A stretch of 64,000 nucleotides of DNA, from NCBI GenBank assembly GCA_949358305.1, contig OX442314.1, positions 21,948,001 through 22,012,000 of the forward strand, written 5' to 3'. Within the stretch, counting starts at the first letter, position 1; each line of letters begins with the position of its first letter. The translations under genes and the position numbers were made by a program. The DNA comes from Strigamia acuminata (taxonomy: Eukaryota). Below, one piece after another: positions 49,507-62,400 of this stretch. The notes below the pieces were generated by a model, which was not told the DNA's origin, did no database searches, and was given only the letters and a program-made list of their open reading frames with translations.

Positions 49507-49790
49507 GGTTGTTCTGTACATCTGCCCCAATGTATGCCATTGTTAGGTTAGGTTAGGTTGGCTTGATTTCATTTGTTTGTGTTGTGTGTGGCTGTTTTCG
49601 GTTAGGTTAGGTCAGGTTAGGTTAGGTTTAGACCTAAACCTAGGTCCTAACCTAACCTGAACTAACCTAACCTAACCTAACCTGACCTAACCTAACCTAA
49701 CCTAACCGAAAACAACCACACACAACACAAACAAATGAAATCAAGGCAACCTAACAATGACAAACATTGGGGCAGATGTACAGAACAACC
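49507..49790. mobile_element. 284-bp fully palindromic MITE with internal (TTAGG)/(CCTAA) arrays and 8-bp TSD
   Basis: ggttgttctgtacatctgccccaatg...cattggggcagatgtacagaacaacc; TSD caatcttt at 49499-49506 and 49791-49798. Confidence 0.9.
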
Positions 49791-50193
49791 CAATCTTTGC
49801 TGTTTAGACTGGTCAAGTGGCGCTTGAGAATATGGATCAAACAAGGTGAGTAATTCTTGACCTTAATCTGGATTAGAATGTGGTGGCTAATCCGACAAAA
49901 TTGGACAAAATAAATGACGTAAATTTGAGGATAATAAATGGTATTTATTAAACACCTAATACCTTAAACAAATATATTAATTTTACATTTAAAACTTATT
50001 AAAAATAAAATATAATTATTATTGGTGACCGTGGGATCACCACAATTTATTTGTAATATAATATAAAAAATACAATATGTATATTTACTTACAACTAAAA
50101 CTAAAGCTATTAAATGTAGTTCATGATTACGAATTTAGTTTTCATACAAATAAAAAACGGTTAATGTTGTTCATTTGGCTTTTACACAGATTT

Positions 50194-50400
50194 TTATTTC
50201 TTTCTGGGAATTAAATGCATTTTGTACGGAAGAGGGTGGCGCATTAATGCATTCCCAGGACTTTCCAACATATTTTTGCCCTCATCTTTCAACTTGAGTT
50301 CGAAGTTACACACAATCGTAGTGAGGTAATTAAAAATTTCCATTTGGGCAACATATTCGCCAGGGCAAAACCGTTTTCCTACCATAGATTTATAAACAAA

Positions 50401-50439
<39 letters not shown>

Positions 50440-52526
50440 AAAGATAAAAAAATAATCTAAAGCTACATTTTACTTACCAATTGAAAACGGAATAATTCTC
50501 TCATCACGGAAGTATTCACCTTTCTCATTGATAAACCTCTCAGGCCTGAATTTTTCCGGTTCAGGAAAGTTTTTTGGATCGTAATGAATAGCATACGAGT
50601 TTGCAATAACGAGTATTCTCTTCGGAACGTAATAACCCATCAACACAGAAGCCTCAGAAGTACTAAAAATCAAAGCTTTTGATATTTTTTGCTTTTTTTC
50701 ATTTATTATTTTTAAAAAAAAACCTGTGAAATACGCCCAATGGAACAATACTACTACATCTATGGAGCTCCTGAATGAATGCTCTCGTGAAAGGACAATG
50801 TTTTGCATCTGTGAATGTGAGATTCTTCTCCTTTTCCTTCCCCAAACTCATAATTTCATTAACCATTTTTTCCTGCATCTCGGGGTGTTGCATAAAATAT
50901 ATGAATGCCCACATAATTGATGTTGACGTCGATTCAAAAGAAGCTTGAGCAAAAATGTCCAAGTTGTTTATTAAATTGAGTTCTGCTTGGGAAAACAACA
51001 ATATAAACTCAGTTTGCTTAATTACGAGTAATCATTTTATTTTACCCGAGTATAAATATAAGTTTGGATCGTTTTTAGCTTTTCTTTCTTCAGCTTCTTT
51101 ATTCCAAAATGAAATAAAGTTTTCCGGAATTAATCCAGCTTTAGTTTCCTTTATCACTTCATGAACTTTTATTTTCCACAATCTCCAAAATTCCTCTTTC
51201 CAATATCTATTTTTTGAAACTCAGATTTTAGAAGTTAATTAGTGAAGTAATTTAATTATTACTTTACATTTTTTCTGTTTCACTGGTCAGTAACTTGATT
51301 TCTGGAATTTTCCTAAGGTAAGGAAAATAAAATCCATAGTCGTGCACGTATGTTCTTTGCAAACCATCAACTGCATCGATTAATGAAATTAACCACGGAT
51401 CGTTTAAGTTCGATCGTTTTCCATTGATTATACTGCAAATGGAACTACCGACACTTCTTTCGATCAAGTTAAGGCGATCAGTGGCTTCGCCTTTTAATTT
51501 ATTAAGTTCATCGACTAAAACGTGAACTTCCTCCTGCAAATAAAAATTTATTGTCAATAATTAATGAAGTTACGGTGGTTACCATAATCAAATTATCTAA
51601 ATATACTTTGACCAACGGTTCTAAACTTAATCTGCCAAACCCAAGTTTCTTCAAGACGTCCATGCTAAAATACCGGACATCTTTAAATGTTGGACCTTCG
51701 TCAAAAATAAAAGCTAAACAAACGTTTTTAAAAATAAATAAATAAACAAGAACAAAAATTTAAAATAAAAAAGTATCAAAATAATAAAAATTAATTAAGA
51801 ATAATAAAAAAAATAGATTAAAATAACAAATAACAAAAATAGGTTAAAATAACAAATAACAAAAAAAGATAAAAATAACAAATAACAAAAAAAGATAAAA
51901 ACAACAAATAACAAAAATTAATTAAGAAATTTGAAAAGAAAAGAAAAGAAAGAAATAAGAAAAGTTAAAAAAAAAAATTTAGGTAAAACAAAACTTTATC
52001 TTAAACTAAAAATAAAAAAATTATTAAAGATTGAAGGCGGAAATGAAGAACATCGGATTTCTGATAACATTTACGAACCAGGTTCGTCGTCATAAATTTT
52101 GAAGGAGATTTCGTTGGGCCGCGCAGAATAACATTCACTTTGTTTAATAAATGCTTCTTTGACAGATTCAAAATCATTCAACACGAGAGATGGAAGTGCA
52201 CCCAATTGCACTCTAAAATAAATTTTTAAAAATTTAATTTTTAAATAATAATAATAAAAAAAAGAAGCAGTTACCCACTTGAAAACAGGTCCAAGTGTCT
52301 GTGCAAGTTTAGCAAACGTCTCTGGTGGTTTATCTCCAATATAAGGTAAAAAGCCAACAATTGGAAGTCCTTTTTTTGGGATTGGTAGCGGACGACCAAC
52401 AGGTGGATGTTTTGATTTTGAGTTTTGGTAATAAAGTCCAATCAATGTTACTAGAAAAAGAATGCATGATACTGTCAAGTATTTGTCATCAGTTTGAAGA
52501 AACTGTGCAATAAATGCTGTTTCCAT
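50194..52526 (-). CDS. Cytochrome P450, CYP2 clan (gene E), atypical I-helix
   Basis: GLPIVGFLP, I-helix AQASFESTS, ELHR, PERF, PFSIGKRFCPG. Confidence 0.93.
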
Positions 52527-52903
52527 TTTTGATTTTCTACAAGTTTTTACTGCAGGATGTAACGAGACTATACAGACTATACAGAGTTTATCTCGAAGGC
52601 TTTTTATCATATCTGTTTGTCGTAGGAAAAAATATCCGGTTCAATGTTTTACACTGTGTGACAATTCTACCTTTACACTTAATGATAATATCTAAAGTGC
52701 CACTGTATAAGTGAGATAATGATAAAGATAAAAAAAGATTGTTGGCAGCCATTTTAAGAAACTATAATCATCGCCTTATTTTATAAGGTACTCTCATAAA
52801 AATCCATTTTCCTTATACTTACTGTCCATCCTTACGCTTATGACGCCATAAGATCATAAGGATGGCCATTTATAAAGAAAAAGGCATGTCCGCAAACTCT
52901 CTA

Positions 52904-54710
52904 TACTCTTTCCACACTCAAAAAACACCTCTCAAAGCTTGGCTCCCATTGGCCACCAATCAACTGCAGTGCTGAGGATTAGTACATCCGGCTCTTCAAT
53001 CCTATGCAGACTTTTGTGACAACCCGCTTAAGATCGTCACCTCAAATTACTCCACCCAAACTCTGCCTCACCTAGTCCCCACTTTAACTAGCTTTGAGTA
53101 TATTTCTCCCGCCGATATAATCCTTGCTTCTCTCAAAACAAATCTTTCCTCTAGACATTCATACGATAACTTACCTGGTATTGCTGTTAAAAAAATACTC
53201 CCAGCGATCCTTCTCCCACTCACTAATATTTTTAACACAATTATTGACTTGTCTGTCTATCCTACGACCTGGAAGCACGCGGTAATTACCCCTCTCCACA
53301 AAGGTGGGGATAAACTCTGTGTTACTAATTATCGCCCCATCTCCTCACTTCCCCCTCTTTGCAAAATTGCTGATCACTGCATACTCATGCAGATCCGCCC
53401 TACGATCTCAAACAGGTCCCCCCCTAACCAATATGGCACTAGGCCAGGGTCTAACGCCCTTGACCTCATCTGCGCCCTTTATCTAGAAATCACCCGTTGT
53501 TGTGACATTCGAAAGCTTCTTCATTTGGCTAAAACAGATGTTTCCAAGGCCTTCGACACCCCACCTCATCAGTTTGTTTTAGATTGCCTTAGAGACCTTT
53601 CTATTGGACCTAAGCTCCTTCGGCTCATCGAGTCCTACCTTTCGGATCGCACATTTCACATTGCCTCCGACCCCCAGACCACTGAATTTCCAATCTCCCG
53701 TGGTGTTGTACAAGGTACTGTCTTAGGTCTTTTGTTGTATAACGCAATCACCATACCCATTTTGTCTCTGCCCTTAGTATCAAAGGCACTCTCCTTCGTG
53801 GATGATAATTTCCTCACCCAAACTACTGAATTTAACTCAACTACCCCTGCCCAGACCCTTTTCTCCGCTGACTTGTCTAGTTTGTCTGACTGGTACACTG
53901 CCCACGACATGAGTTTGAACAAGGAGAAGACAGGTTTTATCACCTTTAGTCGACCCCCCCGGGCTGTGACCCCCTACCCGGTTGATACTGTCACAGTTTT
54001 AGGCTTGATCCTTGACCCTCACCTCACTTTCGCCCCTCACATCTGCCACATTACCAGGTTTCTATCCCGCACAGCGTACATCGTGAAACACCTGAGAAGT
54101 GTATTATCTCGCACAGAGATGATATCCTATATCCGCTCAAAGGTGCACCCCACCATATTGTACGCCTCCCAATTTTGGAACTCCTCCCCAGACCGCTTCA
54201 AGCATCAACTTACGACAGCTTACAACCGGGTACTCCGTGTCGCCTTCAAGTTTTTTGACAAGACCCATGTAACTCCCCTTTGTAACAAACTGAACATCTT
54301 GACACTGAACAACTTACTGCTCCTGAATGACTTATCGTCGCTAGCTGACGTCATCCTGAACCCAGATCATCCTGCACGAGCTGTAGTTGAATTCTACCAC
54401 ACTGACGTGGACACCCGCACTGCTCGACGCCACAAATTCGAAGTCACCGCCGACATCTCCACCTATCTTGGGAAGACCTACCCCTATCGGTGTACCTCAC
54501 TCTGGAACAATCTGCCGTATGAAGTCAGATCCTCAATCTTTGATTGTTCTGCGTCTCGTTGTCGTTTCCATTGCAAGCACATGCGTAAACGATTGCGCAT
54601 TCATATTTTAAAAGCTCAAAACATTGCGTAACCCTTTCTTTTATCCACACTGTAGTTACTTCATTGGAGTGTTTGAATTTAATAAATAAATAAATAAATA
54701 AATAAATAAT
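52904..54710 (+). mobile_element. 5'-truncated non-LTR retrotransposon (CR1/L2/Jockey-like RT)
   Basis: ORF 53249-54631 (frame open further upstream) with WKHAVITPLHK, NYRPIS, DVSKAFD, GVVQGTVLG and FVDD; 3' (TAAA)n tail; higher GC than flanks. Confidence 0.93.
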
Positions 54711-54956
54711 CATTGCTAATACTAATTATAACCTACGCGAGATAGGTAAAGTCATGTGCGCTAACTTGTAAGTGAATTGTACTGAACAATAAGACTTACC
54801 ACAGATATCGCAGGAATAAATGAATTACATGGAAAATGGTTCTAGACACCTTTAAACAAGTAGCATCTACCGGGCCAAGGAATAGGGTTGGCTTCGCTGC
54901 ATTGTCACAACAACGTTATGTGGCCACTGGCCATGGCCAAGTGCATCTGTGAAAAA

Positions 54957-55680
54957 ACTCGCGTAGGTGAATGTGTTTGAATGTATTTGGAAAGTTTTAG
55001 ACTCCCTGGCGAAGCTCCTCTCATTTCTTTGTTGTTGGAACATTTTGCTGATCATTGGGATGTGAGTTTCGAATAATAATGGCATTTTTACATTTTAAAA
55101 TAGCGTTTTTGCAATTAAAAATGCTGTTTTCGTTCAAACATGCTGTTTTTCATCTAAACATGCTGTTTTGCATCAAAAAATGCTGTTTTCGTTCAAACAT
55201 GCTGTTTTTCATCTAAACATGCTGTTTTGCATCAAAAAATGCTGTTTTTGTCTAACAATGCTGTGTTTCTGGCTAAAAATGCTGTGTTTCTGGCTAAAAA
55301 TGCTGTGTTTCTGGCTAAAAATGCTGTGTTTCTGGCTAAAAATGCAGTTTTTTGTCTCTAAATTAAAATTAGAAAATTAATTAATTTCTGTGTATTATTA
55401 TTCTTAGAAAACCAATGGCGAACCATTTGTGAATAGCGACGCTGCATTCACACTAGCGTATGCAGTTATCACGTTAAACGTCGATCAACACAACCACAAC
55501 GTGAAAAAACAAAACTATCCTATGACACTCGAGGATTTTCGTAAAAATCTGAGCAATGTAAACGGCGGTTAGGACTTCGAGCAAGACATGTTGAAAGACG
55601 TTTACAACGTGATTCGAAACGACGAAATAGTCATGCCCGCCGAAAGTACGGAAATCGTGAAGGAAAATTACATTTGGAAG
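54957..55680 (+). pseudogene. GBF1: Two-exon fragment of the Arf-GEF GBF1/garz Sec7 domain
   Basis: [26 protein letters not shown]|gtgagt (exon ends 55061), then exon 55408-55680 [30 protein letters not shown]...[10 protein letters not shown]...EIVMPAE...ENYIWK. Contains stops and a frameshift. Confidence 0.88.
55110..55350. repeat. ~20-21-bp tandem repeat (aaaaatgctgtgtttctggct)n in the intron of the GBF1 fragment
   Basis: Directly visible. Confidence 0.93.
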
Positions 55681-55798
55681 GTAAAAAGTGTAAAAAGAAT
55701 GAGCAAAAGTGGACTTTGTAACGCGACTTGTGCCAATTTCAGGTGTTACTTCGCCGAGGGTCCACCAAAGAAGGACATTATGTGCAGGTGCACGCCCC

Positions 55799-55925
55799 AC
55801 ACATACAATGCAATATTTTGCAAAGGGCAGTCAGAGTGAAATTTTGTCTGAATTTTGTTTTTCATCAGTTCCTGATTACAACACAATGCGTTTTATTAAA
55901 AGATAGGAAAGTTGGCACAACTTTT
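55799..55925 (+). pseudogene. Duplicated 3' stub of P450 gene D
   Basis: Matches 48607-48748 (KGSQSEILSE...FSSVPD...TMRFIKR*). Confidence 0.88.
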
Positions 55926-56063
55926 TTCTAAGTTACATTTATTTGAAATATAATATAAAAATTACAATATGTTTTTTTTACGTGAAACTAAAACTAAAAT
56001 TATTAAATGCAGTTCATGATTACAAATTTATTTTTCATACGAATAAAAAACGGTTAATGTTAT

Positions 56064-58318
56064 TTATTTCTTTCTGGGAATGAAATGCATTTTGTACCGA
56101 AGAGGGTGGCGAATCAATGTATTCCCTTGACATTCCGACAAATTTTTGCCCTCATCTTTCAACTTGAGTTCGAAGTTACACACAATCATGGTGAGGTAAT
56201 GAAAAATTTCCATTTGGGCAACATATTCGCCAGGGCAAAACCGTTTACCTAGATTTATAAACAAACAAATAAATAAATAAATAACTAATCTAAAGTTATA
56301 TTTTACTTACCAATTGAAAACGGAATAATTCTCTCATCACGGAAGTATTCACCTTTCTCGTTGATAAATCTCTCGGGCTTGAATTTTTCTGGTTCAGGAA
56401 AGTGTTTTGGATCGTAATGAATAGCATACGAGTTTGCAATAACGAGTATTCTCTTCGGAACGTAATAACCCATCAACAAAGAAGCGTCAGAAGTACTAAA
56501 AATCAGAGCTTTTAATACTTTTTTTTTGCTTTTTTTCATTTATTATTTTTAAAAAACCTGTGAAATACGCCCAATGGAACAATGCTACTACATCTATGGA
56601 GCTCCTGAATGAATGCTCTCGTGAAAGGCAAATGTTTTGCATCTGTGAAAGTGAGATTCTTCTCCTTTTCCTTCCCCAAACTCCTAATTTCATTAACCAT
56701 TTTTTCCTGCATCTCGGGGTGTTGCATAAAATATACGAGTGCCCACATAATTGTTGTTGAAGTCGTTTCGAAAGCAGCTTGAGCGAAAATGTCCAAGTTG
56801 TTTATTAAATTGAGTTCTGCTTGGGAAAACAACAATTTAAACTGAGTTTGGTTAATTAAAAGTAATCATTTTATTTTACCCGAGTATAAATATGAGTTTG
56901 GATCGTTTTTAGCTTTTCTTTCTTCAGCTTCTTTATTCCAGAATGAAATAAAGTTTTCTGGAATTAATCCGGCTTTAGTTTCCTTTATCACTTCATGAAC
57001 TTTTATTTTCCACAATTTCCAAAATTCCTCTTTCCAATATCTATTTTATGAAACCCAGATTTTAGAAGTTAATTAGTGGAGTAATTTAATTATGACTTTA
57101 CATTTTTTCTGTTTCACTGGTCAGTAACTTGATTCCTGGAATTTTCCTAAGGTAAGGAAAATAAAATCCATAGTCGTGCACGTATGTTCTTTGCAAACCA
57201 TCAACTGCATCGATTAATGAAATTAACCACGGATCGTTTAATTTCGACCGTTTTCCATTCATTATACTGCAAATGGAACTACCGATGCTTCTTTCGATCA
57301 AGTTAAGGCAATCAGTTGCTTCGCCTTTTAATTTATTAAGTTCATCGACTAAAACTTGAACTTCCTCCTGCAAATTAAAAATTATCGTCAATAATTAATG
57401 AAGTTACGATGGTTACCATAATCAAATTATCTAAATATACTTTGACCAACGGTTCTAAACTTAATCTGCCAAACCCAAGTTTCTTCAAGACGTCCATGCT
57501 AAAATACCGGACATCTTTAAATGTTGGACCATCGTCAAAAATAAAAGCTAAACAAATGTTTTTAAAAAAAAAAAAATAAGAACAAAAAATGATTAAGAAA
57601 TTTAATATAAAAAACTAACAAAATAATAAAAATTAATTACGAAATTTAAAATAAAAAACTAACAGAATAATACAAATTAATTCGGAAATTTAAGAAAGAA
57701 AAAATAAGATAAAATAAAGAAATGAGGAAAATTAAAAAATAAAAATTTAGGTCAAACGAAATTCTATCTTATAATAAGATACTTTATAAACTAAAAATAA
57801 AAAAAATTATTAAAGATTGAAGGCGGAAATGAAGAACATCGGATTTCTGATAACATTTACGAACCAGGTTCGTCGTCATAAATTTTGAAGGAGATTTCGT
57901 TGGGCCGCGCAGAATAACATTCACTTTGTTTAATAAATGCTTCTTTGACAGATTCAAAATCATTCAACACGAGAGATGGAAGTGCACCCAATTGCACTCT
58001 AAAATAAATTTTAAAAAATTAAATTTTTAAATAATAAAAAAAAATAAAAAAAAAAGAAGCAGTTACCCACTTGAAAACAGGTCCAAGTGTCTGTGCAAGT
58101 TTAGCAAACGTCTCTGGTGGTTTGTCTCCAATATAAGGTAAAAAACCAACAATTGGAAGTCCTTTTTTTGGCATTGGTAGCGGACGACCAACAGGTGGAT
58201 GTTTTGATTTTGAGTTTTGGTAATAAATTCCGATCAATGTTACTAAAAAAAGAATACATGATATTGTCAAGTATTTGTCATCAGTTTGCAGAAACTGTGC
58301 AATGAATGCTGTATCCAT
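56064..58318 (-). CDS. Cytochrome P450, CYP2 clan (gene F, recent duplicate of E)
   Basis: Exon-by-exon match to E; I-helix AQAAFETTS; PFSIGKRFCPG. Confidence 0.93.
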
Positions 58319-58952
58319 TTTTGATTTTTCACAAGTTTTTCCTGCAGGATGTAACGAGCTGATGCGAAGCGCTACAGACTATACAGAGTTTATCTTGACG
58401 GCTTTTAATCATTCTGTCTGGCACGTGATTCATGAATATTCATAGGAAAAAAAATCTGGCCCAATGCTATACACCGGAAGGAAATACATTTAATTCCCAG
58501 TACTAATAATTGCAAAATGCGTAATAAAATTTCTGTAATTAAATGTGATACTAATCGTGTTTTTTTTTATGTTAAAATGTTGTTTAGGAAGTAAAAAATA
58601 TTTTAAAATGGTTTCATTTTAATGTGTTTTAGATTTCACTAGCCTAAACTAGATAACTAAACTTGCATAACCTAGATTTCACTATAGGTTATAGGTTATG
58701 CAAGTTGAGTTAAGAGATGTTGCGCAAAAAAAAAAACAGACATTTCATGAATTTTTTTTTCATGAATATATGAATTTTTTTCATGAATATATGAATTTTT
58801 TTTATGAATACATGAATTTTTTAATTTTTTAATTTTATTTCCTGAAAGAATGTGTAAATGTGAAAAGTCGAAGAACAATATTTAAACCAAACCTCAGTTG
58901 TCATACGACACTTTTAGATTCTGTCACGAGTTGGCAGCACTAATTCTTCAAA

Positions 58953-60858
58953 ATGGTTGACTACAGCAAATGGAAAGATATCGAGGTTTTTTATTTATTT
59001 TATATAATTTAGTAATGTGATACTTGCGTGATATTAAAGAACCAATTCAAGCAACATTTTTTTTCAAGTTTAAAATATAAAAATAGAATTAATATTTTAA
59101 AAATTAGATTGAATTTATGAAGATGTTTTTGTTCTTGCTGCCAATTCATTCCGCCCAATTTCTTGTTATTTCCGTTAGATTTCCGACGATGAAGACGATA
59201 CTCATCCGAATGTTGACACGGCTAGTTTATTCCGATGGCGACATCAGGCCAGATTAGAACGAATGGCCGAAACGGAGAAAGAAAAGGAAGTTTTAGTCAA
59301 AGGAAAAACAGAGTAAAATAACAAAAACCAAACGTGCGATCAATAAACACAATGAAATTATTTTTCCTTTCGTCCCTTATTAGAACTCAGAAAAAGATTC
59401 AGGAACTCAGCAAAAAATTAACCGACGACGTTCCTGACGTGTCGAAATTAAAAATTGAATTGAGTGATTTGGAGAAACAAAAGCAAGAATACTTAAAGAA
59501 AGAAGAAGAGTTGTCGAAGAAGGAAAAGGTTTGCGTCGCGGATAGGTTTTTATTACATACAAACATTCAACCTTTCTTTCTCTGTAGTCAGCCCCGTGGA
59601 ATGTGGACACTATCAGCAAAGAAGGATTCACGAAGACGGTAATTTGAGGTTATTAGCCGATTTTTTTTTGTTTCATCACATATATCATCGTGTTTAGGTG
59701 ATAAATAAAGCAAAACCACGAACAGACGATGATTTGACGGAAGAGGAACGAGATAATAAATATGTAGAATATTTTTGCTTTTAATTTATTTGATTTTCTT
59801 AATTAATGTTCGATTTTTTTTCTAGCGGCAATTTGTGAAAGAAAACGAAAAATTAGTCAAGAAATATGGACTGTTGCAGAAATTTGACGACAGCAAACGA
59901 TTCCTTCAGGAGAATCCTCATTTGGCGTGCGAAGATACGGCTAATTTTTTAGTCGTTTGGTGCGTCCAGCTAGCCATGGAAGAAGTATTTCTATTTAAAT
60001 ATTAGATAAAATCAGTTTTTAAAGCTATTAAAATTATCTACAGAAAATTCAACTAATGGATCACGTGGCACATCAAACAATTTGCATGCAATATATTCTC
60101 GAACTTGCAAAACAGTTGGAAGTCGATCCGAGATCCTGCGTGTCATCATTCTTCACCAGGTTTATTCACATTGATATTTTCACGTATGGATATAAATATT
60201 AAACCTTTTCCTCCTTTTAAAAGAATACAAACCGCTGAAAAGAGTTACGTCGATGCGTTTCTAGACGAACTTAGCTCCTTCAAACAGCGCGTGCGCAGTC
60301 GTGCTCAAGTGCGGATGGAAAAATTGATGAAAGAAGCGGAAGAGGTGACCAGAGCATTTCTCAAATTCATTCCTCAAATTCATTCCTCAAATTCATTCCT
60401 CAAATTCCTTCCTCAAATTCATTCCTCAAATTCATTCCTCAAATTCATTCCTCAAATTCATTCCTCAAATTCATTCCTCAAATTCATTCCTCAAATTCAA
60501 CGATATTTTCTCTCTATTTTAGGAAGAAAGGAAGGAAAGATTGGGTCCTGGCGGACTTGACCCGGTCGAAGTGTTCGAGTCCCTTCCAGCGGTAAGTTGA
60601 GTTTTTCGAGAATAAATTTCTTTTTTAACATTTGGCATTTTGCAGCCACTTCAAAAATGTTTCGAAGAAAGGGATATCGCGATGCTGCAAGAAGAAATTG
60701 CTAAAATGCCGGAAGCGGAAGCATGCGTAATCATGAAACGATGCGTAGACTCTGGACTCTGGGTCCCCGATGCAAAGCAGGCAGAAGCAATGGCTGCCGC
60801 AGCAAAGGAGACGGCAGCGAAGGAGACGGCTGCGAAGGAGACGGCGGAAAAGAAGTGA
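58953..60858 (+). CDS. CDC37: Hsp90 co-chaperone Cdc37
   Basis: [77 protein letters not shown]. Confidence 0.98.
60358..60498. repeat. 13-bp tandem repeat (caaattcattcct)n in a Cdc37 intron
   Basis: Directly visible. Confidence 0.95.
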
Positions 60859-62400
60859 ATTTGGACGCTTTTTGATTATTTTGAATTTTTTTTTAAAAAA
60901 TAAAAATCCAGTTAACGTGACATGTTTTGTTTCCGCTTTACTCTGTTTACGGTATAATGTCATTTAAATTTTGTATTGTTGCAGATCATCCACTAAAGTA
61001 GCAAAATAAAATTTAATTATTTATGCTAAAAATTGCTGATACAGTTTGCTTTACAGTATTTGTTGGTAAGTAACTTTCCATTGGCATTTAATTAGTTTTA
61101 AGTAACTTTAGCACTGATTTTTCTTTAAATATTATACGCACTCAAACGTGCTCCTTAGATTCTTGCCAATGAGAAAATGTAAAACCTATTTTTGAATTTA
61201 TTTTCAATTATTGTCAATTATAATTATACAATCGTTTACAGCATGCTTGAGCGTACACCATGCAAATGTTTTACACTCTCACTGGCAAGTAATTCCACCG
61301 TGAACTGCAGGATAAATTAGCTGGTGATGTAATTCAGTAACGAAATCAAGACTCTTTATTTTGAACATAAAAAAAACTGAGATTCTTTACTTGTAATTTA
61401 ATACAACGTTCCAGTGTTTGGATGAGCAGTAATTGCATACAACAAATAACATGCAAATAATTTTTGTTATTAAGTATTTTTGGCACCAATTTGAGAGTGT
61501 TGAGGTGACACATTCGAAATATGTTTACACAACAACAAAGTTAAGATATTATCTAGAAAAATATTAGTGGATCGGAATTACCAGTTAAATATGGAATGGA
61601 ATTGATTAAATCAATACTTCTAGTAGAAATTACAAAATCTTACTATTGTTCATCATTAAGGCCTTTAAGTTGTAAAAAGAAAATAAGGACAATGAAAATG
61701 TAGTGGTAAATGACTACCATATTTGAACTCGCATTCTAGTTGAGTGGGTAAAATGATTAAAAAAGACAATTGTAGAAGTGTGAATATCAGTTATCAAATT
61801 ACATGATAAAGTGATACTGCAAGTGTTAGGTGAATAAGGTCAAGATCTATTATAAAATTACTTATCTATTGGAAAACTACTACAAGTCAAGTAATTAATC
61901 ATGGTAACAATATAAGGTAGGACAGGACTAACTAGTTTTTCCAATATTGTTCAAATTGGGAATAGAAATGTGTATAAAATATAAAATGCTAGTTAAAAAT
62001 ACACTTCTTGTATTGAAGGGGTCTTACTAAGACAAACACAGACTAGACGCACTTTTGTATTCTGCCAGGATCAGTTTCCACCAGCACATATTCACTCAAT
62101 AACTTCCCTAGGGTTTGTGGCACAAAAATGAACCCAAATGGTTGTATAAATGGTTTGTTAAATGTTAACATTTGTAGGTAAAAAGAGCGGACTTTGTCCA
62201 AATCTCCATGTTTATCAAGAGGACTAGGACACTAGATATCATTAAATATTGCCAAGAATACATTTATATATATATTTAGGTTGTATTTTTTCTTGATAAT
62301 GTAGAATATATAGGTCTGATCCTTGAAGAATACTGTGACTTTACATAACATTATATAAATTAAATTACATCACTGGTTGACATTTTTAAGTACTTTTGTT

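Noticed and set aside
49540..49710. Telomere-fusion scar
   Set aside because: The arrays are short and sit inside a TIR- and TSD-bounded element.
22230..55680. beta-COP and a GBF1 fragment (both COPI pathway) in one window
   Set aside because: The GBF1 piece is a disabled fragment ~29 kb away; nothing supports a functional cluster.
58660..58820. Small inverted repeat and catgaatatatgaattt repeats upstream of Cdc37
   Set aside because: Probably MITE debris; no termini or TSD could be defined.
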